Of a DNA stretch of 64,000 nucleotides, positions 8,887 through 17,834 are shown piece after piece. The DNA is taken from the sequence record MK817115.1; one strand, 5' to 3'. The stretch's first letter is position 1, and each line of letters starts with the position of its first letter. A program made the position numbers and the translations under genes. The notes below the pieces were generated by a model. It searched no databases. It saw only the letters and a list, made by a program, of their open reading frames with translations, and had not been told where the DNA came from.

Positions 8887-9315
8887 TTAGAGAGATTCTT
8901 CGTATTCAGCAACAATCTCAACCATTTCATTAATGAACTTGATGTGAGAATGTGTCACTGTACGGAAGTCGTAAACAAGTGACTGTTGGAAAAATACATC
9001 TTCATCAAGAGAACCATCAAAGTTCAAATCAATGTTTTCATCGTCATTGCTTGGTGCAACTTTAATATTCAGAAGATTTTCATCAACTGCAAGTTTTACA
9101 ACACAACCCAGTGCAATGGCAAGAACATATGCTGGTTTCTTAGCTTTTTCATTACGGAATGGTGCACGTAGAGCACAAAAAGTACTGCTAATCTCATCAT
9201 TTGGTTCTTTGTATTTAACATTGACCATTAGTTCTTCGATTTTGACGCTCTCAATAACACGACCAGTTTCTGGAGCGAAGAAAGAATGTTCACGGATAGT
9301 TTGTTCGATATTCAT
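8887..9315 (-). CDS. Hypothetical protein, FQxS-motif paralog family
   Basis: DEDVFFQQSLVYDF. Confidence 0.75.
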   Translation of the reverse strand: MNIEQTIREHSFFAPETGRVIESVKIEELMVNVKYKEPNDEISSTFCALRAPFRNEKAKKPAYVLAIALGCVVKLAVDENLLNIKVAPSNDDENIDLNFDGSLDEDVFFQQSLVYDFRTVTHSHIKFINEMVEIVAEYEESL

Positions 9316-9318
9316 ATA

Positions 9319-9513
9319 TTATTCCTTATTTAGATTGCTAAAAATACGAAGATTGCGGTTTGCTTTAAACTGTTTCAAATCACCAAATCTATCATCAACG
9401 ATGAAAGTTGCTGATTTCTTTGACTGACATATTGTACAAATCAACATACCTTGTATTGTATACTCAGTTGAGCAATTTGTACAGTACTTTTTTTCATAAA
9501 GTTCAGTACTCAT
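9319..9513 (-). CDS. Small zinc-ribbon-like protein
   Basis: CTNC...CTIC. Confidence 0.6.
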   Translation of the reverse strand: MSTELYEKKYCTNCSTEYTIQGMLICTICQSKKSATFIVDDRFGDLKQFKANRNLRIFSNLNKE

Positions 9514-9845
9514 AAAACCTTCACATCAGTACGTTTTTCTCTTTGTTCTTTTTTAACCTCATCAGTTCTAGTATCTTCTAATTGTAACACAACTTCTTTT
9601 AGAATGTCAACATCAATTGTTGCTTCTACATATTGATAGTCGTTTACACCAAAAACATACTTTACTGCAACCCATACACGGTTATACCATTTTAAAAAAG
9701 GATTTAAACGCATACTTATCAGACATTGACCAAGTTTATCATCTCCATATTCCTCTGTCAAGTCAAATTGTGCAATGTGAACGCAATGCTCCATTTTATC
9801 GCCACAAGAACAACGTAAAATATACTCTTTACTATCTTCACTCAT
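9510..9845 (-). CDS. Hypothetical protein with N-terminal CxC...HCxH
   Basis: ORF coupled by ATGA overlaps. Confidence 0.65.
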   Translation of the reverse strand: MSEDSKEYILRCSCGDKMEHCVHIAQFDLTEEYGDDKLGQCLISMRLNPFLKWYNRVWVAVKYVFGVNDYQYVEATIDVDILKEVVLQLEDTRTDEVKKEQREKRTDVKVL

Positions 9846-10264
9846 ACTGGATAAGCCTTTAAAAATTGTTTAAGAACTCCAAACTTAGATGAATCGTAAT
9901 CGTATTGATAGTTAAGCTCTCGCTTATCATTCATACGATACACCATATGAAAATTTGGATAACCAATTCTAACAGGTTTTTTAGGATTAGCAAGTAAAAT
10001 TGCCCATTCTTTTACAGGAAATACGTTTTCAGACAGCATTTTGATATTTGTTTCAAAATACTTCATGGCTTGCTTTCCGTGCTTGTAATCTTCTTCACTA
10101 ATCTCTTGACAATCAATTCTATGTGTTTCGGTATCTAACACCCATTGTTGATCTTCGGTATATAAATCAATTACATCATCAATAGTATAACTATCAGGTA
10201 AATCATAAAATACCCAATGAGATAAACCAGAACTTACACCAATTCGAATTTTAAAGAACTTCAT
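9842..10264 (-). CDS. Hypothetical protein
   Basis: 140-aa ORF with coupled overlaps. Confidence 0.65.
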   Translation of the reverse strand: MKFFKIRIGVSSGLSHWVFYDLPDSYTIDDVIDLYTEDQQWVLDTETHRIDCQEISEEDYKHGKQAMKYFETNIKMLSENVFPVKEWAILLANPKKPVRIGYPNFHMVYRMNDKRELNYQYDYDSSKFGVLKQFLKAYPV

Positions 10265-10422
10265 TCTTTATCACCTTTTACATAATTATAACACACGACA
10301 CAGTGAATTACAAGAAGAATTATTTCCACAATATTAAGAGACAATACATGACTCTGCGGTGTGAAAAGTGCCAATAACAACATTATAGCAGGTATTGTGA
10401 ATATTTTCCAAGTTTTTTTCAT
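10261..10422 (-). CDS. Small two-TM membrane protein (start MKKTWK at 10422)
   Basis: The track ORF to 10566 overlaps the next gene; ATG at 10422 has an AAGGA SD. Confidence 0.6.
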   Translation of the reverse strand: MKKTWKIFTIPAIMLLLALFTPQSHVLSLNIVEIILLVIHCVVCYNYVKGDKE

Positions 10423-10423
10423 T

Positions 10424-10654
10424 TTATTCCTTTGTATATGCATATGGTAAAAATAAAACCTCTGCATTAGGAATGCATTGTGCCAATCCTTCAACAATAG
10501 ATTTGTTTTTATTACATTGCCAAACTTTAGTAATTTTATGTCTAAATACTTTTTTATCAACGACAATCCAGTACATGTCCATTTTAACAGTACTGTTATC
10601 AGATGGTGTTAGTAAAGTATCGATGTCATATGTATCAAAGATTTTGTCGTTCAT
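10424..10654 (-). CDS. Hypothetical protein
   Basis: AGGAG SD, 76 aa. Confidence 0.7.
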   Translation of the reverse strand: MNDKIFDTYDIDTLLTPSDNSTVKMDMYWIVVDKKVFRHKITKVWQCNKNKSIVEGLAQCIPNAEVLFLPYAYTKE

Positions 10655-10916
10655 ATAATCTCCTAATAAAATATTCTCGATTCTCTCTTATATACCCAGA
10701 TACACAGTTAGTTGTGGCTTGGTTAGTGAATGAAATCTCACTATTGGACACGCCATTTGCATCACACAAAGGACATATTCCCATGTACTTGGGGGTCGGG
10801 TAGGTGTCCAATTTGTATTTTCCATTACATACCATGTACTGCTGTGGCAATACATCTAATATTATTTCATATTCTTCATCAAACACCTTGAAGCATACCC
10901 AACATTTACCCATCAT
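10635..10916 (-). CDS. Zinc-ribbon-like protein
   Basis: CWVC...CPLC. Confidence 0.55.
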   Translation of the reverse strand: MMGKCWVCFKVFDEEYEIILDVLPQQYMVCNGKYKLDTYPTPKYMGICPLCDANGVSNSEISFTNQATTNCVSGYIRENREYFIRRLYERQNL

Positions 10917-11397
10917 AGTTTTCCTTTAACACAGTTCTTATATATTCGAATGTTTTAACAAACCAATCATGTTCGTCGGATACATCTACAACTTTACCAC
11001 CATATACATAGTAATGGTAAAAAGGCAACTTGCTTTTTCTTAATCTTTCGGCTAACTCTGGATTTTGAATTATTTTAGCACAAATAGCATCTTGAATAAT
11101 AGAAATACAATCATCCGTCATTTCAATTCGATCATGCATATATTTGTTAGCGGCTGCTTTTGCTGCTGCACCAGATACTTTTCTAAGGTCATCATGTTTT
11201 TGCCCAGTTAAAAACCAAAAGTAAAATGTTTCAACTGAAGGGAACCAACCATATGGTTCAAGTGTGAAGCTATGCGAAGAAAAGTTAGATAGATCTCTAC
11301 CTAACTTCGTTCTGGCTTTACTATAAATGTTAATATGTCGGTATCCATCATCAGTAGGGTCAATGAAGTTAAATGACTCTTCTGGGAATTCAAACAT
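10906..11397 (-). CDS. NADAR-like (YbiA-related) protein
   Basis: LSNF...FPSVETFY and KIIQNPELAERL resemble the NADAR pattern FSNF...SVEHYF/KF.QNP.L..L. Confidence 0.5.
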   Translation of the reverse strand: MFEFPEESFNFIDPTDDGYRHINIYSKARTKLGRDLSNFSSHSFTLEPYGWFPSVETFYFWFLTGQKHDDLRKVSGAAAKAAANKYMHDRIEMTDDCISIIQDAICAKIIQNPELAERLRKSKLPFYHYYVYGGKVVDVSDEHDWFVKTFEYIRTVLKENYDG

Positions 11398-11399
11398 AA

Positions 11400-11753
11400 T
11401 TATTCTTCTTCTCCTGAAGGTGTTCCACGTAGTTTATCAAAATCAACCCAAATACCATGCTGGTTTTTAAATCGACATTTCTCATAGTACCAACTATAGT
11501 CTGTTTCAACACCTTGTGAAATAGAACGCACACTACAATCATACATATTATATAAATGTTCCCTGACAATATATGTATTAATCAGTACAACGAATAATAC
11601 AATAATACCACAGATTTTAGGATGGTCCATAATCAAGTCAAGTACTGAACTAGTTTCAGAACTATCAATCTTACTTCTACAAATAGCAACAATTTTAAGA
11701 ACAGCGAATGATACCAGTAATGAAATTACAATAACACTTAAATAAATTAGCAT
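11400..11753 (-). CDS. Membrane protein with two TM segments
   Basis: Hydrophobic N-terminus and a central TM. Confidence 0.65.
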   Translation of the reverse strand: MLIYLSVIVISLLVSFAVLKIVAICRSKIDSSETSSVLDLIMDHPKICGIIVLFVVLINTYIVREHLYNMYDCSVRSISQGVETDYSWYYEKCRFKNQHGIWVDFDKLRGTPSGEEE

Positions 11754-11756
11754 AAA

Positions 11757-12338
11757 TTACACTCCTACACCAAAACGTAAAATAATATTATTAACAAACA
11801 CTAAATCAAAAGGTGACTTTGGTTCAGATACTGAGTACTGAAATGATTCTGCTGCGAAATTTTCTCTATTATACCATGTTTCAGAATTTATTAGCATTTT
11901 TTTATCACCAATCGTCACTGAATGTAATGGAACATTTGAAGAAGAATTTATTGAATATGCATTAAGATTACCGTTTTCATCTAATGTGATACTAAGATAA
12001 TATTTTTTCTCAATATCAGGAATAAGTTCTTTTGTATACGAATAGATTGAATCAACCCATTCATCATGTACATTTTCTGCACCAATCAGGTGTCCGAATG
12101 ATAAATTACGTTTAACTGGCTTTGATCCTGGTCGAGTTAGAATGAATTGTTTTGTTAAGTAAAAATTATTATGTTTTACTTCAATATTAACATTTTTAAA
12201 ATTCACCACTTTATCATATACATTTCGAAAAACTGTTATATCCCAAGTACTAATTTCATCCATAATACTTATCACCAGTTCTTCTAGTTCTTGTATAAAT
12301 GGCAAATCATCTTGATGAAATCTAGTCATGGTTTTCAT
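11757..12338 (-). CDS. Hypothetical protein
   Basis: 193-aa ORF. Confidence 0.65.
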   Translation of the reverse strand: MKTMTRFHQDDLPFIQELEELVISIMDEISTWDITVFRNVYDKVVNFKNVNIEVKHNNFYLTKQFILTRPGSKPVKRNLSFGHLIGAENVHDEWVDSIYSYTKELIPDIEKKYYLSITLDENGNLNAYSINSSSNVPLHSVTIGDKKMLINSETWYNRENFAAESFQYSVSEPKSPFDLVFVNNIILRFGVGV

Positions 12339-12921
12339 ATACCTTTTTCAAATTCATAATTTCAAGAATGCTGTATTCTTTATCACCAATCAAATCTTCA
12401 GTGAATGCAGTGGGGTCGGCATCGCTATACAACTTACCATTGATGATAACACAACCATTACTAAGATACAATGCACTCATGATCTGTTGTCCTTCTTTCA
12501 CATTTTGTGCTAGACCTGTATTTGTTACTACAAATCCATTTGTTGCTAATGATGATGTTAGTTCTGACCATTCAACTGATATTAAGTCGCGATAGTCCTT
12601 AGATACTTTTATATTCACAATACAAGCAACTCGTTTAATAGGTGGAGTGCTAATCGTGTACATTTGTGGTTGTTGGTAATTAGAGTTGTATGTTTGTGGT
12701 GTTTTAACAGCAGTTCCTGAATTTTGAGTTGATTTGGTAATTACTGGTTCTACACTGGGGACTGTTGTTCTTAGTGATATAATACGTCCAGTTTCATCCA
12801 ATTTAAGGACTAAACGATGAGTTTCATCCTCAGAGTAATAGGGAAACAAGCCACCGGAATTCATATTTTGAAGCATTTTAATTAATTCATAAGTATTTTT
12901 TAAAAACATAGTACACCCCAT
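12322..12921 (-). CDS. Hypothetical protein
   Basis: 199-aa ORF with a central S/T/Q-rich linker. Confidence 0.65.
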   Translation of the reverse strand: MGCTMFLKNTYELIKMLQNMNSGGLFPYYSEDETHRLVLKLDETGRIISLRTTVPSVEPVITKSTQNSGTAVKTPQTYNSNYQQPQMYTISTPPIKRVACIVNIKVSKDYRDLISVEWSELTSSLATNGFVVTNTGLAQNVKEGQQIMSALYLSNGCVIINGKLYSDADPTAFTEDLIGDKEYSILEIMNLKKVYENHD

Positions 12922-12923
12922 AG

Positions 12924-12947
12924 AAAAGGGGAGTACAAAGTACTCCC
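12924..12947 (-). terminator. Intrinsic terminator
   Basis: GGGAGTAC-AAA-GTACTCCC followed by a T-run on the minus strand. Confidence 0.75.
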
Positions 12948-12956
12948 AACATTTAA

Positions 12957-13511
12957 TTATAGTTTAATTGATTCTTGAATACCAGTATCCATTGCTTTCT
13001 TGGTACGTGTATCAGATACTACTGTACAAAGGTGTTCAATATTTTCACTTGGAAACGTATTCGAATCAAGAATTTTGGAATTCCAGAAGCCTTTGCGGAA
13101 CTTAGCATAATCAGTACACTGGTCAATTTTCATTTTCTGAAGATTGTTGAACTTTGTACGTCCTGTTTCAATTGTCACCATCAATTCCTGATAAATTTTA
13201 GGATCAAGATTTGGAACCTGTTGTTGAATCTGTGACATTACAAACTTCTGGTCAACACCTTCACGCCCTTTAAAGTATGACTCAATCGTTTCTTTCAACG
13301 CATTTTTGTACTTATCTGCTACTTGAACCTTATCTTGAATAGTAAGAGTATAATTGCTAAGTTGACTTTCAGATGCATCATAGTACTTTTTAATGTTTCC
13401 TTCAAACTCAACTGCACGATCATGTGCACCAACATACATACTAATAGAACCAAACACCATTAGTACAATAACTACCAAAATACCAATTAACGCAAGGAGT
13501 TTACCATTCAT
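12957..13511 (-). CDS. LemA-like single-pass membrane protein
   Basis: N-terminal TM followed by a helical coiled-coil domain of LemA-like size and architecture. Confidence 0.55.
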   Translation of the reverse strand: MNGKLLALIGILVVIVLMVFGSISMYVGAHDRAVEFEGNIKKYYDASESQLSNYTLTIQDKVQVADKYKNALKETIESYFKGREGVDQKFVMSQIQQQVPNLDPKIYQELMVTIETGRTKFNNLQKMKIDQCTDYAKFRKGFWNSKILDSNTFPSENIEHLCTVVSDTRTKKAMDTGIQESIKL

Positions 13512-14602
13512 AAATCGTTATCCCTCATATAAAGGCCAATGAAAATAGACAGAATCAACAAAACAATGGAAGCACCGATAAGAACATCTTTTCTAGGTTC
13601 CATTTTTACTGACAAGTACTCAAACTCTTTATTAGAGAGTCTCTCAAACTGTGTGTCAATATTATGTACTTCTTTAACTAGTAAGTCAAGAGTTAATTTT
13701 TCATTTAATGCATCAATACGCATCTTTGCATGTAACTCTTCATTCTTCATTCCTTGTGCAAATGATGTACTGTAAAATTTGACAACGTTACCATCATTGT
13801 CAATACCAAAGAACATAATAACATCATTCTTCTTACCACCACGCCACGATGCAAGGGTAGCATCAACAAAATCCACATCTTTGTAATCATAAACTAGTAC
13901 TTGGATGTTTACCTGCTTTCGTGCACCCATCGTTTTTAGCTCATTACGAAGGTATTCATCGTAACCATCAACGTTGTAATTTGTAGTGTTAATTACGTGA
14001 TGTGTTTTGTAATAATCAACTACACTTGGGTATTCTGGAATAGTACTAAGATACTTTTCATCATACATGTTGTGTAGTTCTTCAGGACTAAACAATGAGT
14101 TCTTATCAGCAAATAGATAGTTGATATATGAACTCTCTGCGGCGGCATAGTCACCAATCATAACTTGCTGCCAACGTGGTGGTGTCATTGTACCTTGACG
14201 GTTCACACGTTCAATCTCAAACTCACCTACTGTACTTTTCACATACCAATCAACTTCATATGAGTAATCAAAAACCTTATATGATTCACACTCACGATGT
14301 GATTTACCTTTACTATCATATCGCGTATGGCACTTCTCATGCCATGTATAGTGCTTACATGAACTAGATTGTGTGCAATATTCTTTGTGGCTGTATTTTG
14401 AAGTTACTTGACCATTCAGAATCTCAACATCATAAAGCTGGCTATAGTTGATTGCGTATGAAATACCAAGAACAAGAGCCGCACCAACCAGACAACAACC
14501 AATATGAATCAATAGTTCTTTAGTACTGATATGCTTATCGTACATGTATTTCATAACGAATACAACGATAAGAGCAGGTATTAACAGAATAATGAAATTC
14601 AT
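13508..14602 (-). CDS. Membrane protein (2 N-terminal TMs, large extracytoplasmic domain, C-terminal TM; TPM-like C-terminal half)
   Basis: Hydropathy pattern; WRGGKKNDVIMFFGI; ATGA-coupled to the LemA-like gene. Confidence 0.55.
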   Translation of the reverse strand: MNFIILLIPALIVVFVMKYMYDKHISTKELLIHIGCCLVGAALVLGISYAINYSQLYDVEILNGQVTSKYSHKEYCTQSSSCKHYTWHEKCHTRYDSKGKSHRECESYKVFDYSYEVDWYVKSTVGEFEIERVNRQGTMTPPRWQQVMIGDYAAAESSYINYLFADKNSLFSPEELHNMYDEKYLSTIPEYPSVVDYYKTHHVINTTNYNVDGYDEYLRNELKTMGARKQVNIQVLVYDYKDVDFVDATLASWRGGKKNDVIMFFGIDNDGNVVKFYSTSFAQGMKNEELHAKMRIDALNEKLTLDLLVKEVHNIDTQFERLSNKEFEYLSVKMEPRKDVLIGASIVLLILSIFIGLYMRDNDL

Positions 14603-14605
14603 GTA

Positions 14606-15295
14606 TTAATCCATTTTAAGCTTGTTTAGACAGAATGAAATCTGGATTGCTTCACGTGCTGCATCAAACAGTGGGTGATGTAACTCCAACCCATTAATCC
14701 CACACGTATTTGCATATGTGATAAATTTATCCAACTGTACCGAAACGATTTCATCCATTTCAATACGAGCTTCTTCATTCAATAAACGTTTCAATGTGCG
14801 TGCATTTTCAGGTGCATCATACTTCCACAACTCACCAGCGTTCATTAGTTTTAAATGGTTTGCTTGTAAAATACTACAATCGAAGTTACATCCGTTGCCC
14901 CAGACTGAATGAGGAACTTCTTCACCATAATCATTGTAACGTAATTCTTTCCAGAAATCAACAATACTACTGTATGCAAAAAATCGTCGTGATTGACCAT
15001 TCGGTCCATACAGTTCAGGTGCTTTGAGTTTCATAGTACTGGCAACTTCAGAATATGCATTAGGGTATTCTTTCTGACATGTATTCATCCAAAAATCCAT
15101 TGCACCTGCGTCTGATTTTAAACCAGCAGCAACTTGATCCTGGTATGGTAATTTAATATATAAGAACTGACGAATGTCATTTTCAGGTTTACTTGGAACT
15201 ACTACTGCTGCGTAATTTGGGATAATAATATCATAACCGGAAAGTTCAGGTGTTCCAAGAGCTTCAATATCAACACTAATATGACGACGTTTCAT
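14606..15295 (-). CDS. DEDD-family 3'-5' exonuclease (Rv2179c/DUF5051-like)
   Basis: ISVDIEALG, WGNGCNFD, HHPLFDA. Confidence 0.75.
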   Translation of the reverse strand: MKRRHISVDIEALGTPELSGYDIIIPNYAAVVVPSKPENDIRQFLYIKLPYQDQVAAGLKSDAGAMDFWMNTCQKEYPNAYSEVASTMKLKAPELYGPNGQSRRFFAYSSIVDFWKELRYNDYGEEVPHSVWGNGCNFDCSILQANHLKLMNAGELWKYDAPENARTLKRLLNEEARIEMDEIVSVQLDKFITYANTCGINGLELHHPLFDAAREAIQISFCLNKLKMD

Positions 15296-15320
15296 AAGTT
15301 AGTTCCTTATCTGTACATTA

Positions 15321-15371
15321 AAAAGAGTGCGTTTTCAATAAGATTATATTAAAAACGCACTCATATGTCAA
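15321..15371 (-). promoter_or_regulatory. Sigma70 promoter TTGACA-N17-TATAAT overlapping a terminator-like hairpin
   Basis: -35 at 15366-71, -10 at 15343-48; stem GAGTGCGTTTT/AAAACGCACTC with a T-run. Confidence 0.8.
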
Positions 15372-15374
15372 CTA

Positions 15375-16511
15375 TTACTTGTTAGCTTTTTCGGCAATTT
15401 CACGAAGAGTGTCTTCCAGTTCATAGGAAAGTTGTGCAATTTCCTGTTTAGCACGTTCACGTTCCAATTTACCTTTTTTCTCTTCTTCAATAACTGCTTC
15501 AATACTGTCAATCATCGTTTTATGTACATTACGCAAGGTTTTAATATCCACAATACCACGGTTGTTTGCCTTTGCTGCATCCAACATATTTGCTGCAACC
15601 ATTTTAGAGTTAGTTTCCAAAAGACGGTTTGTCTCATTATCAATTAGATTGCCTAGTTCATTATCCTTACGTTGACGCTCGGAAATCAACTGTTCAGCCA
15701 ATTGAGACTTCCATGCTGGAATAACAACGGATTTTAAATCTTCAAACTTAGAAACAGTGTTCAAGTTTACTTTTTTCATACTCATCAAGCGTGGACCACT
15801 TAGTTCGCACATCATGATAAGACGACGAATCTTATCTTCTTGTTTAGAAAGTGCTTCACAAATCATCTTTTGCTCTTGAATAGCAAAAGAGTCTACATTT
15901 TTGTCTGCTTGCATTTCTACTAATAATGCATCTTGTGTTTTAGTCACTTCTTCTAAACCAACTAATGTATCACGCAATTCAAACAAATATTCTTTGTTTT
16001 CATTATATGCTTTATCAAGCCATTCACATTCTCCGTGCTGGCGATTAATACCAGTTTGAAGAGTTTTCATAATTTCGTCAATTTGCTCTTTACTGTTTTT
16101 GTACTGATCACCTACTTTCTGTTGAGCATTAACAAAGAATTTCTTAATACGACCAACAATTGATTTATCTTCTTGAAGACTGTCAATATCAACTGCACGA
16201 GTCAACGTAAGAATTGTGGTGATTGATTTACCAAACTCGGTATTGTCATCCGTTACATTAACTTTAGACATAATTTCATCAGCCAAACGCCCAACAGCAG
16301 CACCAGCAGTTGTACCAACAGTATTGATGTTTTGAACTGTTAGAGACATAGTATTTCCCTTAACATCTTTCAGTACTGGTAGTGATTTTGTAGTTTGGTT
16401 AAAAATATCACTTGCATCAATTGTATGACCTTTAGTCGCAGTTTTAGTAGTACGTTTTGCTGATTTAGCTGCGGTGGATGCTTTTTTAGGATTGATTTCT
16501 TTCTCGGACAT
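15375..16511 (-). CDS. telA: Toxic anion (tellurite) resistance protein, TelA family
   Basis: About 380-aa coiled coil with IPAWKSQL, DNETNRLLETNS and IDIKTL, typical of TelA/KlaB. Confidence 0.8.
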   Translation of the reverse strand: MSEKEINPKKASTAAKSAKRTTKTATKGHTIDASDIFNQTTKSLPVLKDVKGNTMSLTVQNINTVGTTAGAAVGRLADEIMSKVNVTDDNTEFGKSITTILTLTRAVDIDSLQEDKSIVGRIKKFFVNAQQKVGDQYKNSKEQIDEIMKTLQTGINRQHGECEWLDKAYNENKEYLFELRDTLVGLEEVTKTQDALLVEMQADKNVDSFAIQEQKMICEALSKQEDKIRRLIMMCELSGPRLMSMKKVNLNTVSKFEDLKSVVIPAWKSQLAEQLISERQRKDNELGNLIDNETNRLLETNSKMVAANMLDAAKANNRGIVDIKTLRNVHKTMIDSIEAVIEEEKKGKLERERAKQEIAQLSYELEDTLREIAEKANK

Positions 16512-16559
16512 TTAGTATTCCTCGTTTAATTTAATATGATGTGCTGCTCTGTGATAAAC

Positions 16560-16588
16560 ATTATACGGACAGCACGTATGATAGTCAA
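16560..16588 (-). promoter_or_regulatory. Sigma70 promoter TTGACT-N17-TATAAT
   Basis: Near-consensus, upstream of telA. Confidence 0.8.
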
Positions 16589-16596
16589 GTATTTTT

Positions 16597-17724
16597 TTAC
16601 TCTTTGTTACCATATGCCAGATTACGAATAATTTCTACAGTACTCTCATCCACAGCTTTACCTGTCTGTGATTGTAAACGATTGATAATCAAAGGAATAG
16701 TAATAGTTTGAATATCTACCATACGATTCATATCAACTTGATATTGCTTACTTGTTGCAATAATGCTCGTTTCAGTCATGGAGGTGGTGATTCCCATTTT
16801 CATAATACGTTCTAATGTTAATTCATATTCAAACGCATCATCCACACAACGTAGTGCGTATTCACAACCCAACTTACCATATTCAAGTTCATTTTTGATT
16901 TCATTAACTTCGTTTCTAAGTTCTGAAAACATCGTACTAAGACCACTAAACTTATTAGTGTCATACTTAACTGCTTCATTTAGTGCTTTCATCACTTTTG
17001 GCAAATCTGATGGTTGCACTTTGATATCAGTTTTACCAAACAATTTCTGTGTAAAGGTCGGCTTCAATGGGAACAACGTCTCCAACGCAACAGTAAGGTT
17101 ATTCATAAGCATTCTAATATAATCACTATGCTGTTGTAATGCTGAGTTAAGATCCAATTGACGTTCTGAAATTTGTTGAATCTTAGTTCCAATTTCTTGT
17201 GCACAAACTGGTAAGTTTACAAACCAGTCTAGTACTTTTACTGAATTCTTTTCAATAGTACTAGGGAATTCAACCCATCTTTCAATGTCATCAATTCTGC
17301 TATCGTCTGGGTTGATAGGTTTTTTCTTAAGAACAATAGGTGCAGGTACATCTGGTGATGTTTGTACCAAGTCTAAACGTGGTTTGGCACGACCTTCTTT
17401 CCATTCACGATATTCACGCTCTAATGGCGGTACTGGCATGTTAGGATCAATTCTAATATTACTAAAATGAATTTTATCCTTCATTAAATCAAGAACTTTC
17501 AGACGTTTATTATCAAAATAGATTTCATCTAATGACAGAGTTTTTACATCAAATAACGGATTACCCAGCGAGTCATAGGTGCGACGTACAATTACATTGT
17601 AAATGTATTTTTTGTTTGATGAACGGTCATATTGTTTCAATAAAGAGTTCAGTACATAATTATAGTTAAATTCTTGAATCTCAACTTCTTTGCCATTTTC
17701 AATGAAAAAATATTTACCTTTCAT
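16597..17724 (-). CDS. Hypothetical protein; C-terminal coiled coil may be a divergent TelA-like domain
   Basis: Helical C-terminal half with TFTQKLFG; adjacent to telA. Confidence 0.55.
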   Translation of the reverse strand: MKGKYFFIENGKEVEIQEFNYNYVLNSLLKQYDRSSNKKYIYNVIVRRTYDSLGNPLFDVKTLSLDEIYFDNKRLKVLDLMKDKIHFSNIRIDPNMPVPPLEREYREWKEGRAKPRLDLVQTSPDVPAPIVLKKKPINPDDSRIDDIERWVEFPSTIEKNSVKVLDWFVNLPVCAQEIGTKIQQISERQLDLNSALQQHSDYIRMLMNNLTVALETLFPLKPTFTQKLFGKTDIKVQPSDLPKVMKALNEAVKYDTNKFSGLSTMFSELRNEVNEIKNELEYGKLGCEYALRCVDDAFEYELTLERIMKMGITTSMTETSIIATSKQYQVDMNRMVDIQTITIPLIINRLQSQTGKAVDESTVEIIRNLAYGNKE

Positions 17725-17765
17725 TATAAAACCTCATAATCAATTAAAATTTACGCTATGGTGAT

Positions 17766-17794
17766 ATTGTACATACTTCGACTACACATGTCAA
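17766..17794 (-). promoter_or_regulatory. Sigma70 promoter TTGACA-N17-TACAAT
   Basis: Near-consensus boxes with 17-nt spacing. Confidence 0.8.
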
Positions 17795-17805
17795 CACCTG
17801 AAAAG

Positions 17806-17834
17806 AAAAAAGGACGCACCTTAGTGCATCCTTT
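17806..17834 (-). terminator. Intrinsic terminator
   Basis: AAGGACGCAC/GTGCATCCTT stem with a T-run. Confidence 0.75.

Noticed and set aside
11757-12338. AESFQYSV as an eleventh FQxS family member
   Set aside because: Only a partial match without the preceding hydrophobic/EE pattern or the following helix; left out
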